From NCBI GenBank assembly GCA_047602405.1, contig JASGHJ010000001.1, positions 576,001 to 640,000 on the forward strand: 64,000 bases of DNA, written 5' to 3'. Source of the DNA: Anaeromyxobacteraceae bacterium (GTDB taxonomy: Bacteria > Myxococcota > Myxococcia > Myxococcales > Anaeromyxobacteraceae). The translations under genes were made by a program, and so were the position numbers. Of this stretch, positions 31,923 through 41,409 are shown piece by piece. The notes beneath the pieces are model-generated. The model was not told the origin of the DNA. It did no database searches and was given only the letters and a program-made list of their open reading frames with translations. Each line of letters starts with the position of its first letter. The stretch's first letter is position 1.

Positions 31923-32906
31923 TCACGTGCGGCGAAACGCCGGGATCGCGCCGCGCGCCGCGCGCTCCATCGGGAGGAGCGCGGCGTACAGCGCGTCGTG
32001 GACCGGCACCGGGACACCCGCCTCGCGGGCGAGCCGGACGAGCGCGCCGGGCTGGTCCTCGAGCTCCGAGGGCAGGCCCGCGGCGAGGTCGCGCTGCATG
32101 GACACCGTCGCGTCGGGCGGCGAGGCGTCGATGCGTGCCATGACCCTCGCGACCGTCTCGTCCGGCACCGGCACCCCGCGCGCGCGGCCCACGGCGACGA
32201 CCTCGCGGACCGCGGCCTCGAGGAGCGCGCGCGCCTCCGGCACCGCGCGGAGCGGCCCGCACGGCGTGCGGGCCGCGGCGGCGACGGTGCCCCACGGCTC
32301 GACGAGCGCGAACTTCTCCCACGCGGCGCGCTCGACGTCCGCCTCGACGATCGCCTCGGCGCCCGCGGCCCGCAGGAGCCCGGCGAGCGCCTCGAGCCGG
32401 CTCGAGGGCCGATCCTTCCCGGCGCCGAGCTCACCGGTGGTCACGCGCGGCGGCGCGCCGACGTGCTTCACCCGCCCCGGCGCCTCGACCCAGGAGAGCA
32501 TGTGCGCGAGCCCGCCCACGACCTGCCCGGCGGGCAGCGCGGCGAGGAGCCGGCCGGCCGAGAGCACGCCGTTCTGCAGCGGCACCGCGAAGCCGCCCTG
32601 GGCTCCTCGACGCGGGGCGAGCAGCGGGGCGAGCGTGGGCGCGACCGCCTCCACCTGCCAGGCCTTCACCGCGAGGAGCACGGCGTCCGCGGGCGCGAGC
32701 CCGGAGGGCGCGTCGGCGAGGCCGCCCCGGAACCCGTCCGGCGGGACCGTGAAGCTCGCGACGGTGGAGTCCACGCGCAGGCCCTCCGCGCGGATCGCGG
32801 CGAGCCCCGCGCCGCGCACCACGAGCCCGACCTCCACGCCGCTCCGCGCGAGGAGCCCCGCGAGCAGCCCGCCCACGCCGCCCGCGCCCACGATGGCGAT
32901 CCGCAT
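31923..32906 (-). CDS. panE: 2-dehydropantoate 2-reductase
   Basis: IVGAGGVGG, LLAVKAWQ, LQNG, WEKF and SMQRDL..G.PSELE motifs. Confidence 0.9.
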   Translation of the reverse strand: MRIAIVGAGGVGGLLAGLLARSGVEVGLVVRGAGLAAIRAEGLRVDSTVASFTVPPDGFRGGLADAPSGLAPADAVLLAVKAWQVEAVAPTLAPLLAPRRGAQGGFAVPLQNGVLSAGRLLAALPAGQVVGGLAHMLSWVEAPGRVKHVGAPPRVTTGELGAGKDRPSSRLEALAGLLRAAGAEAIVEADVERAAWEKFALVEPWGTVAAAARTPCGPLRAVPEARALLEAAVREVVAVGRARGVPVPDETVARVMARIDASPPDATVSMQRDLAAGLPSELEDQPGALVRLAREAGVPVPVHDALYAALLPMERAARGAIPAFRRT

Positions 32907-32978
32907 GGCCCCATCATCGCCGGTCCCGCACCGCCGCGCGAGGCTTGCCGCCGAGGCGGCGCTCCCGAAGGTTCGAGC

Positions 32979-33539
32979 GTGCGCTTCGTCCTCCTCCTCG
33001 CCCTGCTGTCGGTCCCCGCCGTCTCACACGCCCAGGAAGCCTCGGACCCCGCCGCCGGTGCCATCGTCACCGACGAGGGCGCCACCGAGCTCCTCGGCCG
33101 GGTCTACCGCAAGGGCGACGTGATCCAGCTGCCGGAGGGCACGCTCACGATCGAGGAGGACGCACACCCCGGCGAGGAGCAGGGTGTCGGCTCCTTCACG
33201 GTGATCACGCCGACGGTGGTCACCCCCGGTGAGGGCCCGGTGGCGGCGGCCCCCGTCGAGGCCCGTCCCGTCGACGACGGCGCATGGGCGTCCTCCACCG
33301 GGCGCGGCGCGGCCCCTCCCTGCGAGGCGGAGCGCAGCGCGTTCATCGCCGAGCTGTGGCGCGGGTGGGGCGTCGAGGTCGAGGACCCCGCCGCGTTCCT
33401 CGAGGGGCTCGCCGGCGGGGACCCGGGCCTCGTCCTCTCCTGGCTCGCCTCGGCCGAGCAGACCATCCGGCCGATCGCCTGGTCGTCCGGGCTCCGGGCG
33501 CGCGCCGACGCGCTCGCCGCCTGCGCGCGGCAGCGGTGA
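32979..33539 (+). CDS. Secreted hypothetical protein
   Basis: GTG at 32979; signal peptide RFVLLLALLSVPAVSHA. Confidence 0.55.
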   Translation: MRFVLLLALLSVPAVSHAQEASDPAAGAIVTDEGATELLGRVYRKGDVIQLPEGTLTIEEDAHPGEEQGVGSFTVITPTVVTPGEGPVAAAPVEARPVDDGAWASSTGRGAAPPCEAERSAFIAELWRGWGVEVEDPAAFLEGLAGGDPGLVLSWLASAEQTIRPIAWSSGLRARADALAACARQR

Positions 33540-33576
33540 GCTTCCCCGCGGGGCCGTTCCGTGTCATTCGGTTGCC

Positions 33577-34194
33577 GTGGAGACGGCCACCGAGTTCCTC
33601 CTGCGCTGGCACTACCTCGGCCTCTTCCTCGTGCTGCTCGTCGAGGAGGGCGGGGTGCCGCTGCCGGTGCCCGGCGACCTCTTCATCGCGGCCATGGGCG
33701 TGCTCGCCTACCAGGGGCTCGCGTCCTTCTGGCCGACCGCCGCGATCGTCACCGCCGCGACCGTGCTCGGCGCCGGGTTCCTCTTCCTCGTGTCGCGCCG
33801 GCTCGGGCGGCCGCTGCTCCTCCGGATCGCCCGCCGCTTCGGCTACACCGAGGCGCGCGAGGCGCGCGTGGAGGGCTGGGTCCAGGGCCAGGGGCCGTTC
33901 GCGATCGTGGTGGGCCGGCTCATCCCCGGGCTCCGCATCGTGCTCACGGTCGCGGCGGGCGCGCTGCGCGTCGACGGGCGCGTGTTCGCGATCGGCACGA
34001 CGATGGCGGGCGTGGTCTGGGCCACGCTCTACTTCTGGCTCGGGTGGTTGCTCGCGAAGGGCTACCGCACGCTCGGCCCCGGAGCGGGCGCCTGGCCGCT
34101 GCTCGCCGGCCTCGTCGTCGCCGGCCTCGGCCTGCTCGCGTGGCGCCTCGCGCGGAGCCGGCGCGGCCAGGAGGACGAGCCCACGCCGCGCTGA
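33577..34194 (+). CDS. DedA family membrane protein
   Basis: EEGGVPLPVPGD, GRLIPGLR and AAGAL motifs. Confidence 0.9.
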   Translation: METATEFLLRWHYLGLFLVLLVEEGGVPLPVPGDLFIAAMGVLAYQGLASFWPTAAIVTAATVLGAGFLFLVSRRLGRPLLLRIARRFGYTEAREARVEGWVQGQGPFAIVVGRLIPGLRIVLTVAAGALRVDGRVFAIGTTMAGVVWATLYFWLGWLLAKGYRTLGPGAGAWPLLAGLVVAGLGLLAWRLARSRRGQEDEPTPR

Positions 34195-34278
34195 GCCGGA
34201 CGGAGGGTGTACGCTCCGGGACGGCCGACCTCCATCCGGTGCTCGCACATCCACGCACCGCGAAGCAGGTTTCCCGAG

Positions 34279-34647
34279 GTGGGGGGCGCACTGATCATCC
34301 GACGGATCCTCCTCGTGGAGGACGACCCGGGCTCGCGAGACGCGATCCGGGCGCTGCTCGAGGCGTCCGGCTTCAACGTGACCGTCGCGTGCGACGGGCT
34401 CGAGGCCTGGGAGCTCCTCGCGCGTGGCCCCCGCCCGACCGCGGTCATCGCCGATCTCATCACGCCGCGCATGACGGGCAACGACCTCGTCGCGCGCATC
34501 CGGCGGACGCCCCGCCTTTCTCGCGTGCCGGTGATCGCGATGAGCGCCGCCGTGAACCAGGCGCGCAGCCCCGCCGCGGAGGCGTTCCTCGAGAAACCCT
34601 TCTCGAGGGAGCAGCTCGAGTGGGCGCTCCGACGGATCGGGGCGTGA
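34279..34647 (+). CDS. Single-domain response regulator
   Basis: ILLVEDD, IADLITPRMTG, VIAMSA and FLEKPF; start uncertain. Confidence 0.85.
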   Translation: MGGALIIRRILLVEDDPGSRDAIRALLEASGFNVTVACDGLEAWELLARGPRPTAVIADLITPRMTGNDLVARIRRTPRLSRVPVIAMSAAVNQARSPAAEAFLEKPFSREQLEWALRRIGA

Positions 34648-34696
34648 GGCCGGGCCCGGAGGTGGGCGGTCCGCGCCGCCCACCCCCTCGAGTCGC

Positions 34697-35563
34697 CTAC
34701 GGATGCCCGGTCGTCTTGTCGGCGTGGCAGGTGCCGCACTTCATGCCGGACGCCACCGGCTGGACGGTGCTCGTCGCCGGGTGGCAGGTGACGCAGGTGG
34801 CCGACTGGGCGTCCCGCGCGGGGGCGGTCCAGGTGCCCGCGCCCGCGAGGTACGTGTTCAGCATCTCGGCCACCTTGCCGGCCACGTCGGCCGTGAGGCG
34901 CGCGCAGCGGGCCTTCTTGTCGGCCCCGCCCGCCGACACGCCGTTCGCCGCGCACCAGTCGGAGACCGAGGCGTGGCACAGGTGCGAGTTCGGCGCCCGC
35001 TGCAGCTGCACGATGCCCGCCGCGGTGAAGTTCTTCGTCGTGCCGGTCTCGGCCGCGTCGACCGCGGTCGGGACGTAGGCCGGGAAGGCGTAGCCCTCGT
35101 ACCAGCGGAGGAGCTCGGTCATCATCGCGTTGCGCGCGTCGGCGTTCGCCACGATGGAGTTGATGATGAGCGTGCCGCCGAGCGCGGCGCCGCAGATCGA
35201 GCCGTAGCTCGCGATGCCGCCCCCGCCGAACTTGCCGAAGTCCTTCGGCATGAGCGAGAAGGGCTTGCCCACGGTGTCGGCGAGGTGGCCGAGCAGCGCG
35301 GCGTACGCGCCGTGGCAGCAGCCGCCGGCGTAGTAGCCGTGGTAGGCGACCTCGCGGACGGCCGCGGCGTCGAGCTGGTAGGTCGACGGCAGGTGCTGCT
35401 CGTACGGGAAGTCGGCGACCTGCGGCCCCGGATCCACGGGGGTGGTGTCGGTCTTCTTCTCCGAATCCTCCCCGCACGCGGACAGGCTGCCCAGGGTCAT
35501 CGCGCCGGCCAGCGTCAGGCCGGCCTTCGCCAGGAGGTTGCGCCTCGAGAGTTCGTTGCTCAC
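34697..35563 (-). CDS. Split-Soret-cytochrome-like (C-GCAxxG-C-C family) redox protein with Tat signal and two CXXCH motifs
   Basis: SRRNLL Tat motif, LSAC lipobox, GGCCHG, SICGAALG, HLCHASVSDWC, RCARLT, then CVTCH and CGTCH; GAGGAG RBS. Confidence 0.82.
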   Translation of the reverse strand: MSNELSRRNLLAKAGLTLAGAMTLGSLSACGEDSEKKTDTTPVDPGPQVADFPYEQHLPSTYQLDAAAVREVAYHGYYAGGCCHGAYAALLGHLADTVGKPFSLMPKDFGKFGGGGIASYGSICGAALGGTLIINSIVANADARNAMMTELLRWYEGYAFPAYVPTAVDAAETGTTKNFTAAGIVQLQRAPNSHLCHASVSDWCAANGVSAGGADKKARCARLTADVAGKVAEMLNTYLAGAGTWTAPARDAQSATCVTCHPATSTVQPVASGMKCGTCHADKTTGHP

Positions 35564-35878
35564 GGTCCTGCTCCTCGCGTCGGGTTCAGCGGCGCCGCCC
35601 TCGGCGCCATGGAGGGGCATGCTCCGCGTGCACCCTGCGTTAAGTCAAAGTGGTTCAGCGACGCAGGGATACGCGCGCGGAATGGCTCGGCTTCGCGCGC
35701 CTCGGCGCCGCGAAGGTGTTAACCCTCGAAGAATCTGCGCGAGGGTGGCCCGCCCGGGCCATGCGGCTGCGCGGCTGCGCCGCGAACCGCGGCGTGGGCG
35801 CGCAGGCGAGACCTCCCCCGCCCGGACCCTCGGTCCGGAGCGGCCACGCAACCCGTTCGCGGGCGACGCGGTGGCCGC

Positions 35879-37237
35879 CTACGGGCCGCCGACGAGCCCG
35901 GCCAGCTCGCCGAGCTCCGTGGCGCAGACCGCCGCGGCGAGGCCGAGCCGCTTCATCCGCTTCCAGAGCGTGACCCGCGAGATGCCGAGCGCGCGGGCGG
36001 CGCGCGTGCGGTTGCCGCCGGCCGCGGCGAGCGCCGCCTCGAGGGCGGCGCGCTCCTCCTCCGGGGCGCGCGCCGCCGCCGGCGGGGGCTCGGGCACGAG
36101 CCGGAGCGCGGCCGGCAGGTGCTCGCGGCGGAGCTCGGCGGCGCCCTGCGCGGCGAGGGCCGCGAGCTCGATCACGTGGAAGAGCTCGCGCACGTTCCCC
36201 GGCCAGCCGTGCGCCTCGAGGGCACACACCGCGTCGGCCGCGAGGTGCGGCCGGCCGGGGAGCCGGGCCAGCGCGGCGAGCGCGAGCTCGCCCACGTCGG
36301 AGGCGTGCTCGCGAAGCGGCGGCACGCGGAGCGGGAACGCGGCCAGCCGGAAGAAGAGGTCCGGCCTGAGCCGCCCCGCCGCGACGAGCGGCCGGAGATC
36401 CTCGAGCGCGGTCGAGAGGAACCGGACGTCCACCGACGTGCGGACGCCGCCCCGCTCCACCGTGCCGTCCTCGACCACCCTGAGGAGCCGCGCCTGCGGC
36501 GCCGCCGGGAGATCGCCGAGCGCGTCGAGGAGGAGCGCCCCGCCCTCCGCCTCGGCGATCGCCCGCTCGAGGCCGGCCTCGTCGAGCCCCGCGCACGCGA
36601 CCCGGACGAGCGGGCCGGCGGCGCGTGGGCCGAGCCGGTGGATGGCGCCGGCGACGGCGTCCTTGCCCGCCCCGCTCTCTCCGAGGAGGAGCACCGGCGA
36701 CCGGGCGCGCGCCACGAGCTCGATCATCCGGAACAGCTCGAGCATCACCGGGTGGCGCCCGAGGAGCCCGACGTACCGGCCCGCCACGTCGCCGCGGGCG
36801 TAGGGCGCCTCGCACGCGGACTCCACAGGCCCGACGGCGGCGAAGCTCTCCACGGCCCCGAGGGGCTCGCCCCGATCGCCGAGCAGGGGGACCGCGTTCT
36901 TGACGATCACGAGCACCCGGCCGTCCCGGGTGCGGATGGCGCACTGCTTCGACGACTTGCCGGTGCGGGCGAGGTCGCAGCGCAGCGGGCCGCCGCCGCA
37001 GGCGCAGCCGTTCTCGAGATCGCCGGCGAAGAGCGTGCAGCGCCGCCCGACCGCCTCGGCGCGCGACCAGCCGGTCACCTCCTCGGCGGCGCGGTTCCAG
37101 AAGGTGATCGTGCCCTCGAGGTCGGTCGTGAAGAGGCCGTCCGGCACGAGGTCGCCGAGCGCGCGGATGCGCGCCTCCGAGCCGAGGCCGAGGAGCGGCA
37201 GCGCCGGCGAGGCGGTCTGGGTGGGCGGGTGGGTCAT
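35879..37237 (-). CDS. PAS-domain enhancer-binding-protein-like regulator with Fis HTH (degenerate AAA+)
   Basis: PAS (WNRAAEEVTGW), Walker A GESGAGKD, RPDLFFRL, WPGNVREL and HTH GNRTRAARALGISRVTLWKRMKRLG. Confidence 0.88.
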   Translation of the reverse strand: MTHPPTQTASPALPLLGLGSEARIRALGDLVPDGLFTTDLEGTITFWNRAAEEVTGWSRAEAVGRRCTLFAGDLENGCACGGGPLRCDLARTGKSSKQCAIRTRDGRVLVIVKNAVPLLGDRGEPLGAVESFAAVGPVESACEAPYARGDVAGRYVGLLGRHPVMLELFRMIELVARARSPVLLLGESGAGKDAVAGAIHRLGPRAAGPLVRVACAGLDEAGLERAIAEAEGGALLLDALGDLPAAPQARLLRVVEDGTVERGGVRTSVDVRFLSTALEDLRPLVAAGRLRPDLFFRLAAFPLRVPPLREHASDVGELALAALARLPGRPHLAADAVCALEAHGWPGNVRELFHVIELAALAAQGAAELRREHLPAALRLVPEPPPAAARAPEEERAALEAALAAAGGNRTRAARALGISRVTLWKRMKRLGLAAAVCATELGELAGLVGGP

Positions 37238-37267
37238 CTCCCTCGGGCCGATGATAGCCCGGGAGCG

Positions 37268-38026
37268 TCAGTTCCGCGCGACGCGCTGTCGCGGCGACGT
37301 TCGCGCCCAGCGCCCCCGGATGGGCGCCTCCTCCGTCAGCTCCCGGAGGTGCTTCACGAGCGCGGGCTTCGTGCCCGGCACGAGCTCGAGCTCCTCGGCG
37401 AGCGAGAGGTGCAGGACCTCGACGCCGTCGCGGTGTACGAGCGAGTAGCCGAAGGAGCGCCCGTTGCCGAGGTCGATGCGGGTCTCGCCGATCACCGCGA
37501 TGACCTGATCGAGCACGACCTCGCAGCTCGCCTGCGCGCCCGCGTCCGGCGCGCGGCAGCGCTCGATGATCAGGTTCCCGCCCGGGCGGAGCGCCGCCCA
37601 GACCGAGTAGCCGCGCTTCGTGGGGTCGTGCGCCGTCGAGGTGATCCAGCGCTCCGTCCCGGTGAGCCGCGCGACCGGCGCGGCCTCGCGGCGCGCGGGG
37701 AGGACGGTGAAGTCCGGGACCGCGCCGGGCTGGGGCAGGCCGGCCTGCGCCGGTCCGGGCCGCGCCTGCGCCGGCCGCGGCGAGGCATCGCGGGGAGCAC
37801 CGGGGACGGCGCGCCCGGCGGCCTCGACCGGCGCGATCGCTCCGGCGACGGCCTGGGGCTCGACCTCGGCGGCGGAGGGCTCCGCGGCCGGCGGCCGGAT
37901 CAGGTGCCAGACGCGCTCGACGTTCTGCCCGACCACGATCCCGAGCAGGAGCAGGATCACGCCGGCCTGGACGACGACCGCTCGCGGGGCCACGAGCCAC
38001 CGGGTGACACCGAGATCGTTCTTCAT
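37268..38026 (-). CDS. Membrane-anchored hypothetical protein
   Basis: N-terminal TM helix, Pro/Ala linker and a globular C-terminus. Confidence 0.55.
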   Translation of the reverse strand: MKNDLGVTRWLVAPRAVVVQAGVILLLLGIVVGQNVERVWHLIRPPAAEPSAAEVEPQAVAGAIAPVEAAGRAVPGAPRDASPRPAQARPGPAQAGLPQPGAVPDFTVLPARREAAPVARLTGTERWITSTAHDPTKRGYSVWAALRPGGNLIIERCRAPDAGAQASCEVVLDQVIAVIGETRIDLGNGRSFGYSLVHRDGVEVLHLSLAEELELVPGTKPALVKHLRELTEEAPIRGRWARTSPRQRVARN

Positions 38027-38184
38027 TGGAGCACCCTAGGCGGCCCGGACCCACACTGGCTGTGATGAAGGTCACGGGCCTACCGTCCCGGATGGGACGC
38101 GATCCCGCCGCGGGAACCCTCCGGCAGGGCGCGGCCACCGGCCGCAGTGCCGCGCCTCGCGCGCGCTCCCCAGATTCAGAGGCG

Positions 38185-38421
38185 ATGAGCCCACCCGTCC
38201 ACGCGATGGCAGCCCGGGACGCGGTCGCCGCCTGCCTGTTCGTCCTGCTGTCGATCGGCCTCGCGTGGACCGTCGCCGGCGGGGCCGAGGACTGGGCCCG
38301 GCGGCTCGGCGTGGTGTTCGTGGGGGCGGTGGTGATCGGGCTCGCCCTCGCCGCGGTGGCGGCGGTGGCGGGGATCACCCGGCGCCTCTCGGTGCGCGGC
38401 CCGAGTCACCGCCGGACCTGA
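38185..38421 (+). CDS. Small two-TM hypothetical protein
   Basis: Two hydrophobic segments; start uncertain. Confidence 0.35.
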   Translation: MSPPVHAMAARDAVAACLFVLLSIGLAWTVAGGAEDWARRLGVVFVGAVVIGLALAAVAAVAGITRRLSVRGPSHRRT

Positions 38422-38429
38422 GCCCAGGG

Positions 38430-38999
38430 TCAGCCGCCGGCGCCGGCGGGCCGGTAGCGGAGCACCACCGCCCCGGACCGGAGCTCGTGGCGCTCCACGA
38501 GCGTGAGCACCGCGCGCTCGCGGAGCCCGGCGAACAGGGTCGGTCCGTGGCCGGTCAGCACCGGGTGCACGATGAACTCGTACTCGTCGATGAGCCCCAG
38601 GTTCGCGAGCGCGAGGGGGAGGGTCACGCCGCCCACGAACAGCCCCTTCCCGGGCAGCGCCTTCAGCCGCCGCACGGCCTCGCCGAGGTCCCCGCGCAGG
38701 AGCTCCGCGTTCCAGTCGACCTCCGCGAGCGTGCTCGAGACGACGTACTTCTTCGCGGCGTCGATGGTCCGCGCGAAGGGCACCATCCACGGCGCCCCCC
38801 ACTCCGGCGCCTGGCCCGTGCGCGCGACCGGTCGCCAGGCCTCCTCCATCATCCGGTAGACGACGCGGCCGAAGATCAGGGCGTCGGCCTGCGCGAGGCT
38901 CGCCGCGGCGTGCTGGTGCAGCTCCTCGTCCGGGATCCCCACCCGGTGATCGACGCAGCCGTCGAGGGTGACGTTGATGGAGTAGCGCAGCGGTCTCAT
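38430..38999 (-). CDS. Dihydrofolate reductase / RibD C-terminal family protein
   Basis: INVTLDGC, IFGRVVY, KYVVSSTL and LIDEYEFIVHPVLTGHG motifs. Confidence 0.9.
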   Translation of the reverse strand: MRPLRYSINVTLDGCVDHRVGIPDEELHQHAAASLAQADALIFGRVVYRMMEEAWRPVARTGQAPEWGAPWMVPFARTIDAAKKYVVSSTLAEVDWNAELLRGDLGEAVRRLKALPGKGLFVGGVTLPLALANLGLIDEYEFIVHPVLTGHGPTLFAGLRERAVLTLVERHELRSGAVVLRYRPAGAGG

Positions 39000-39865
39000 C
39001 GGGGCTCCGGCGCCGCCAGGAACTCCTCGATCATCGGCACGACCCAGGCGGCGTGCGCGCCGAGGACGGCGTCGTGGGTGGTGAGGGGGAGGATGGCGAG
39101 CCGCGCCCGCGGGATCAGCCGCGCGAGCGCGACGGCGTGCTCGGCCCGCACCACGTCCGCGTCGCCGGCCACGACGAGCGTCGGCGCCGTCACCGCCTTC
39201 ACCCGCGCGTCGGGCCAGTCGCGGAAGGCGAGCAGGCGGTCCGCGGTCTTCCGGAAGTAGGACGGGAGCCGCTCGGGGTGGGGCGAGGTCGCGCGGTAGA
39301 CCGCGGCGTACGCCGGCGGCACGTCCGCCACGGTCGCGCGCGCCATGCCCTCGAAGAACCCGGGCTGCAACCCGTCGCGCTTGACCATCCCGGAGATGAA
39401 GACGACCCGGCGCACGAGCCGCGGGTGGCGCGCGGCGGCCTCGAGCGCGATGGTCGCGCCGTTCGAGAAGCCCACGAGGTCTGCCCGGTCGATCCCGAGG
39501 TGCTTCAGGAGCGCCGCGGTGTCGTCGGCCGAGCCCTCGAAGGTGAACGGCCGGTCGACGTCGGCGGTCCGCCCGTGGCCTTGCTGGTCGAAGGCGATCA
39601 CGCGGTGCGTGCGCGCGAGCAGCGGGAGCGCGGCCGCCCACGTGGTCTCGATGGCGGGGTCGCCGCCGTGGAGCAGCACGAGCGGCGTGCCGCCCTCGGG
39701 GCCGTGCACCTCGTAGTAGAGGCTGAGCCCGTTCACCGGCGCGAACCCCCGCGCGACGGGCGGCGCCGAGGGGATCGCCGGGGGAGGCAGCGGTGGCGCG
39801 GCGGCCGCGAGGGCGGGCGGCGAGGCGAGCGCGGCGAGCAGGAGGAGCGGCGGCGAGAGGGCCAT
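38996..39865 (-). CDS. Secreted alpha/beta hydrolase
   Basis: LVLLHGG, DQQGHGRT, GFSNGA, GDAD and TTH motifs. Confidence 0.9.
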   Translation of the reverse strand: MALSPPLLLLAALASPPALAAAAPPLPPPAIPSAPPVARGFAPVNGLSLYYEVHGPEGGTPLVLLHGGDPAIETTWAAALPLLARTHRVIAFDQQGHGRTADVDRPFTFEGSADDTAALLKHLGIDRADLVGFSNGATIALEAAARHPRLVRRVVFISGMVKRDGLQPGFFEGMARATVADVPPAYAAVYRATSPHPERLPSYFRKTADRLLAFRDWPDARVKAVTAPTLVVAGDADVVRAEHAVALARLIPRARLAILPLTTHDAVLGAHAAWVVPMIEEFLAAPEPR

Positions 39866-39894
39866 GCCGGATTGGACACCGGCAGGCGCCGGGA

Positions 39895-41253
39895 TCATCG
39901 CGCCCGCTCGGGTCGCCACCGCACCGCGAGCGTCGCCAGCGCGGCGACCGCGAACGAGGTGAGCGAGGCCGAGAGCCAGGGCGGCGGGGGGCTCCAGCCG
40001 AGCGCGCCCTGCGCCCGCGTCCAGAGGTCCGACCACCCCGGCACCGTGCCGGGGTTGAGGAGCTGGTAGGCCGCGAAGCCGAGCACCCACGGCACCGTCA
40101 TGAGCGGCCGCGCGGGCGCGAGCGGGCCGGCCTCCCACCGCCCGCGCCGGAGCAGGTAGTAGTCGACGAGCAGCACGGCGAAGAGCGGGATGAAGACCGA
40201 GCCGATGAGGTAGAGGAAGTTCTGGTACTGCGCGACGTCCACGACGAGGCCGAGCGCGGTCGCCACGGCGCCGACCCCGACCGCCAGCAGCCGCCGATCG
40301 AGCGCGGGCCCGAGGTTCTGGGCCGAGAGCGCGGTCGAGTAGACGTTCGCGAACGCCTCGTCGACCTCGTCGAGCACGAGGATGGCGAGCGCGACCCCGC
40401 CCGCCGGGAGCGCGATCAGCGCGCCGAGCGGATCGGCGCCCGCCCCGGGCAGCGCCCGGACCGCGAGCACGCCGAGGAGGAAGTAGGCCGTCGCCGCGAG
40501 GCCGAAGCCCACGAGCGCGCCGCCGAAGGCGTCGCGCGGGCGCCGGGCGTGGCGCGCGTAGTCCGCGGCGAGCGGCGCCCAGGAGATCGGCAGCGCCACC
40601 ACCACGTCGAAGCCGAGCCAGAACCCCTGCCACGAGCCGCCCGCGGGCGCGGCGGCGCCGCGGCGGAGCACCTCGTAGAAGAGGTAGGCGGTCGCGGCGA
40701 GCACGAGCCAGACCGCGTACCGGCGCAGCCCCTGGACGAAGCCGAGCGGCCGGAGCGCGAGCGCGGTCGCGAGCGCGCCGGCGCCGAGCACGAAGACCTC
40801 CCGCGGGATCGCCGGGAAGAGCCGCGAGGCCCCGTCGGCGATGATCGCGACCTCGACCGCGGCCCACCCCACGCACTGCGCGATGTTGAGCGCGGTCGGC
40901 GTCCACGAGCCCCTGCGCCCGAGCAGCCCGCGCAGGAGCACCATCGCCGGCGCGCCGGTCTCGGCGCCGGGCACCGCGGCGAGCGCGAGCACCAGGCTGC
41001 CGATCAGCGTGCCGAGCACCACCGCGGTGATCGCGGCGGCGAGGCCGAGGGGCGGCAGTGCCGCCGACGGCTGGAGCACGAACGCGCCCGCGACGGGCAC
41101 GGTGAGCGTGATGCCGAGGTTGCCCCAGAGCGCCACCTGATCGGCGAGGCCCAGCGTGCGCGGCGGCGCCTCCGCGAGCGTGCGGGGCGCGTCGTGCGGG
41201 GTGGTCTCGGAGGTCGCGCCCAGGGTGCCGGACTCTCTACGACGGATGCCCAC
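39895..41253 (-). CDS. NCS1/cytosine-permease family transporter (CytX-like)
   Basis: Many TM segments; LWGNLG, SWAPLAADYAR and FANVYS; start approximate. Confidence 0.85.
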   Translation of the reverse strand: MGIRRRESGTLGATSETTPHDAPRTLAEAPPRTLGLADQVALWGNLGITLTVPVAGAFVLQPSAALPPLGLAAAITAVVLGTLIGSLVLALAAVPGAETGAPAMVLLRGLLGRRGSWTPTALNIAQCVGWAAVEVAIIADGASRLFPAIPREVFVLGAGALATALALRPLGFVQGLRRYAVWLVLAATAYLFYEVLRRGAAAPAGGSWQGFWLGFDVVVALPISWAPLAADYARHARRPRDAFGGALVGFGLAATAYFLLGVLAVRALPGAGADPLGALIALPAGGVALAILVLDEVDEAFANVYSTALSAQNLGPALDRRLLAVGVGAVATALGLVVDVAQYQNFLYLIGSVFIPLFAVLLVDYYLLRRGRWEAGPLAPARPLMTVPWVLGFAAYQLLNPGTVPGWSDLWTRAQGALGWSPPPPWLSASLTSFAVAALATLAVRWRPERAR

Positions 41254-41409
41254 ACGAGGAAAGGGGGAGTACGCCGCGGTACGCCGCGATGCGCCATGCC
41301 CGGCCGCCCGATCCTTGACGCTCGGTCGAGGCTGTCGCGCGGGCCTGGGCTTTTCGCCGGAGGGAAAGTTGTCCTAGCGTCGAGGGTCGTCCGGCTCGCT
41401 GGGGGTCGC

